Shown here: positions 62,477-64,000 of the stretch, piece by piece
Layout: each line of letters begins with the position of its first letter
Position numbering within the stretch: the stretch's first letter is position 1
NCBI GenBank assembly: GCA_964576835.1
Contig: CAZNXK010000002.1
Span: 13,789-77,788 of the forward strand
Reading direction: 5' to 3'
Length of the DNA stretch: 64,000 bases
Origin: an uncultured Treponemataceae bacterium
GTDB taxonomy: Bacteria > Spirochaetota > Spirochaetia > Treponematales > UBA12059
Notes under the pieces: generated by a model
Seen by the model: the letters and a program-made list of their open reading frames with translations, nothing else
What the model was told of the DNA's origin: nothing
Database searches by the model: none
Position numbers and translations under genes: made by a program

Positions 62477-64000
62477 ATGGTGGTGCATGGTATGCGGACA
62501 GTCGCGGCGCGAATCACGATACTAATCCTGGGCCTCATCATGGCGGCGGTCTCGGCATGCGACATCGGGACTACCCTGTTCACCGACGAGGAACTCGACT
62601 CGATGTATGAAATCGGAGTGTCGCAGTCAGGATCTTCGATAAGCACGGGTAGCCGGATCCTCGGATCGATGCCAATCAAGCTAAGCGTCACTTCGGTCGA
62701 CGGAGCTCCGGAAGCCTCGTCCCTCGACCTCCAGCTCCTTGACGCAAACGGAAACGAAGCCTCGGCGCTGTCATTCCCGGTCGACGGAACGGCGGTCACT
62801 GCGCCGCCAGTCACCCTGCCGGAGGGTCTGGCCGATGGCTACTACCAGCTCAACGTGTCACTCCGCGACTCCGGGGGCAAGCTTCTGTCTTCCTACTCGG
62901 CGGTGATACTCGTATTTTCCGGAAGCTTGCCGGCACCCAGGCTCGCAGCCTACCCCGGCGAGCTCGTCACCGGCGGCACGACTCTACTCAAGCTCGAAGC
63001 ATACGACCTGAAGGGTCTCGATCCCTGGGTACGCTGGTCACTTGACGGTACGCTTCTTTCGGAGGGATTCATCTCCGACCATGCCGACCGTATTCCATGG
63101 CGAACCCCGGCGGCAAACGGCGTCTACATCGCGCGAGCCGAGCTTTTCCCGTTCAAGCCTCCAGCCGGATCAGACGTGCCTCCCCTGGTCAAGGCGGAAA
63201 TCCGCATGCCAGTCTCACTATCGACGGCGTTGAGCGATCCGTTTTCCCGGATAGCCGCGTGGTCGTTATTGCCGTTCGACGCTGACTTCGACGACCAGGG
63301 TCCGAGACCGCACGACGCTGAGCCCTTGGCGCTGGGCTTTCCGTACCTGGACACCTACGCGACAGGCTTCGGCTATGCGATGGGCGCGGGCGCAGGAGCG
63401 TTCTCCGCCTCTAGCCTTCTGCCCGTCATCGAATCCAGCGACCGCGTTGCGCCATTCACCGCCGTTTTCGTGCTCGCTCCGCTTAGCGCGAACCCGAAAC
63501 AGGGTTCCGGCCACCTGCTGGTCGCCTATGACGACAAAGGGGCGCGGAACCTCGAGATCGGCGTCGCCGACGGATACCCGTACGTCGGTTCAGACGGCGC
63601 CAGGGTATCGGCAAACGCCCTTATCCCGGCCGATGTCACGAGGCTGGCGGTCTCAATCGCTCCATCGAACGAAGGAGCCTCTATCTCGTTCTACATCGAC
63701 GAAAAGCCGGTCGGGACCGGTACGGTGCCAGTCAGCCTTTTCAAGGACAGCCCCGGAGCCTGCTCCATAGCAGGAGAAAACGGATATGTCGCTATTTACG
63801 ACGAGTTGCGGATCATTCCGGGTCCGTACCCGGCCTTCTACATCTCCGAAACAGCCGCCAAGGGCGCCTCGCTCGTCGCCGCGAGCGGCTTCGAAGGCGG
63901 AACGCTCGGGCCAAACATGTCGCTGCGCGGCGGATTCTCGCTTGGCGACGGCAAGCTGACGCTCCAGCCGGGTTCGTCGCTGTCCATAGGCTCCCCGGGC
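62477..64000 (+). CDS. Large lipoprotein with probable LamG/concanavalin-like domain; 3' end outside the window
   Basis: The frame is open from ATG 62477 (alternative ATG at 62492) to the window end, so it is absent from the track. Lipobox ILILGLIMAAVSAC. The later segment ASISFYIDEKPVGTG...GYVAIYDELRII is typical of LamG-type jelly rolls. Confidence 0.7.
   Translation, partial: MVVHGMRTVAARITILILGLIMAAVSACDIGTTLFTDEELDSMYEIGVSQSGSSISTGSRILGSMPIKLSVTSVDGAPEASSLDLQLLDANGNEASALSFPVDGTAVTAPPVTLPEGLADGYYQLNVSLRDSGGKLLSSYSAVILVFSGSLPAPRLAAYPGELVTGGTTLLKLEAYDLKGLDPWVRWSLDGTLLSEGFISDHADRIPWRTPAANGVYIARAELFPFKPPAGSDVPPLVKAEIRMPVSLSTALSDPFSRIAAWSLLPFDADFDDQGPRPHDAEPLALGFPYLDTYATGFGYAMGAGAGAFSASSLLPVIESSDRVAPFTAVFVLAPLSANPKQGSGHLLVAYDDKGARNLEIGVADGYPYVGSDGARVSANALIPADVTRLAVSIAPSNEGASISFYIDEKPVGTGTVPVSLFKDSPGACSIAGENGYVAIYDELRIIPGPYPAFYISETAAKGASLVAASGFEGGTLGPNMSLRGGFSLGDGKLTLQPGSSLSIGSPG

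Noticed and set aside
62383-62814. 143-aa minus-strand ORF
   Set aside because: It overlaps the start of a long plus-strand lipoprotein frame that stays open to the window end and has a proper lipobox. The minus-strand ORF has no motifs.
1-64000. CRISPR arrays, tRNA/rRNA genes, IS elements, integrases, prophage or toxin-antitoxin pairs
   Set aside because: I scanned intergenic regions and ORF translations by eye. I found no spaced direct-repeat arrays, cloverleaf-compatible T-loop motifs or transposase/integrase signatures. The absence should be confirmed with tRNAscan-SE, Infernal, ISEScan and CRISPRCasFinder.

Overview
The window is visibly GC-rich bacterial chromosome, densely packed with housekeeping and signalling genes. 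Many long antisense shadow ORFs in the six-frame track come from the GC bias. I support about 50 protein-coding genes. I saw no rRNA, tRNA, CRISPR array, transposase, integrase or phage genes.

Gene content, in map order:
- Sugar and glycogen block: GH2 glycosidase, YafY/WYL regulator, glgP, nagB, nagA.
- Cell envelope genes: murA, an M15 peptidase lipoprotein, an S41 protease, lgt, a GT26 transferase and CapA.
- Central metabolism: fhs, pyrC, prs, nadE, pfk, a polyprenyl synthase and an NDH-2::DoxX fusion.
- Chemotaxis genes cheR-cheB, plus a MinD/ParA and giant FapA (DUF342) pair.

This mix would fit a motile Gram-negative-type organism, possibly a spirochaete, but I cannot confirm the taxon from sequence alone.

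Most interesting material:
1. A PspA/IM30 operon with non-canonical partners: STAS-zinc ribbon, a YbjN-like protein and a pseudo-receiver winged-helix protein.
2. A near-consensus sigma-54 promoter driving a small Gly/Met-rich secreted protein, directly downstream of a CDF exporter and an orphan histidine kinase. The only sigma-54 activator in the window lacks a DNA-binding domain and lies about 30 kb away, next to a GHKL-HDOD protein.
3. Two copies of a MITE-like element built from CACGGAG octamer repeats, bracketing the polyprenyl synthase gene.
4. A 340-bp AT-rich island with DnaA-box-like 9-mers.
5. A roughly 370-nt gene-free unit between two terminators that carries tmRNA-like sequence fragments.
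6. An internally triplicated 980-aa FapA-like protein in an operon with a MinD/ParA ATPase and lgt.

All functional calls come from motif recognition by eye. No database search was run.
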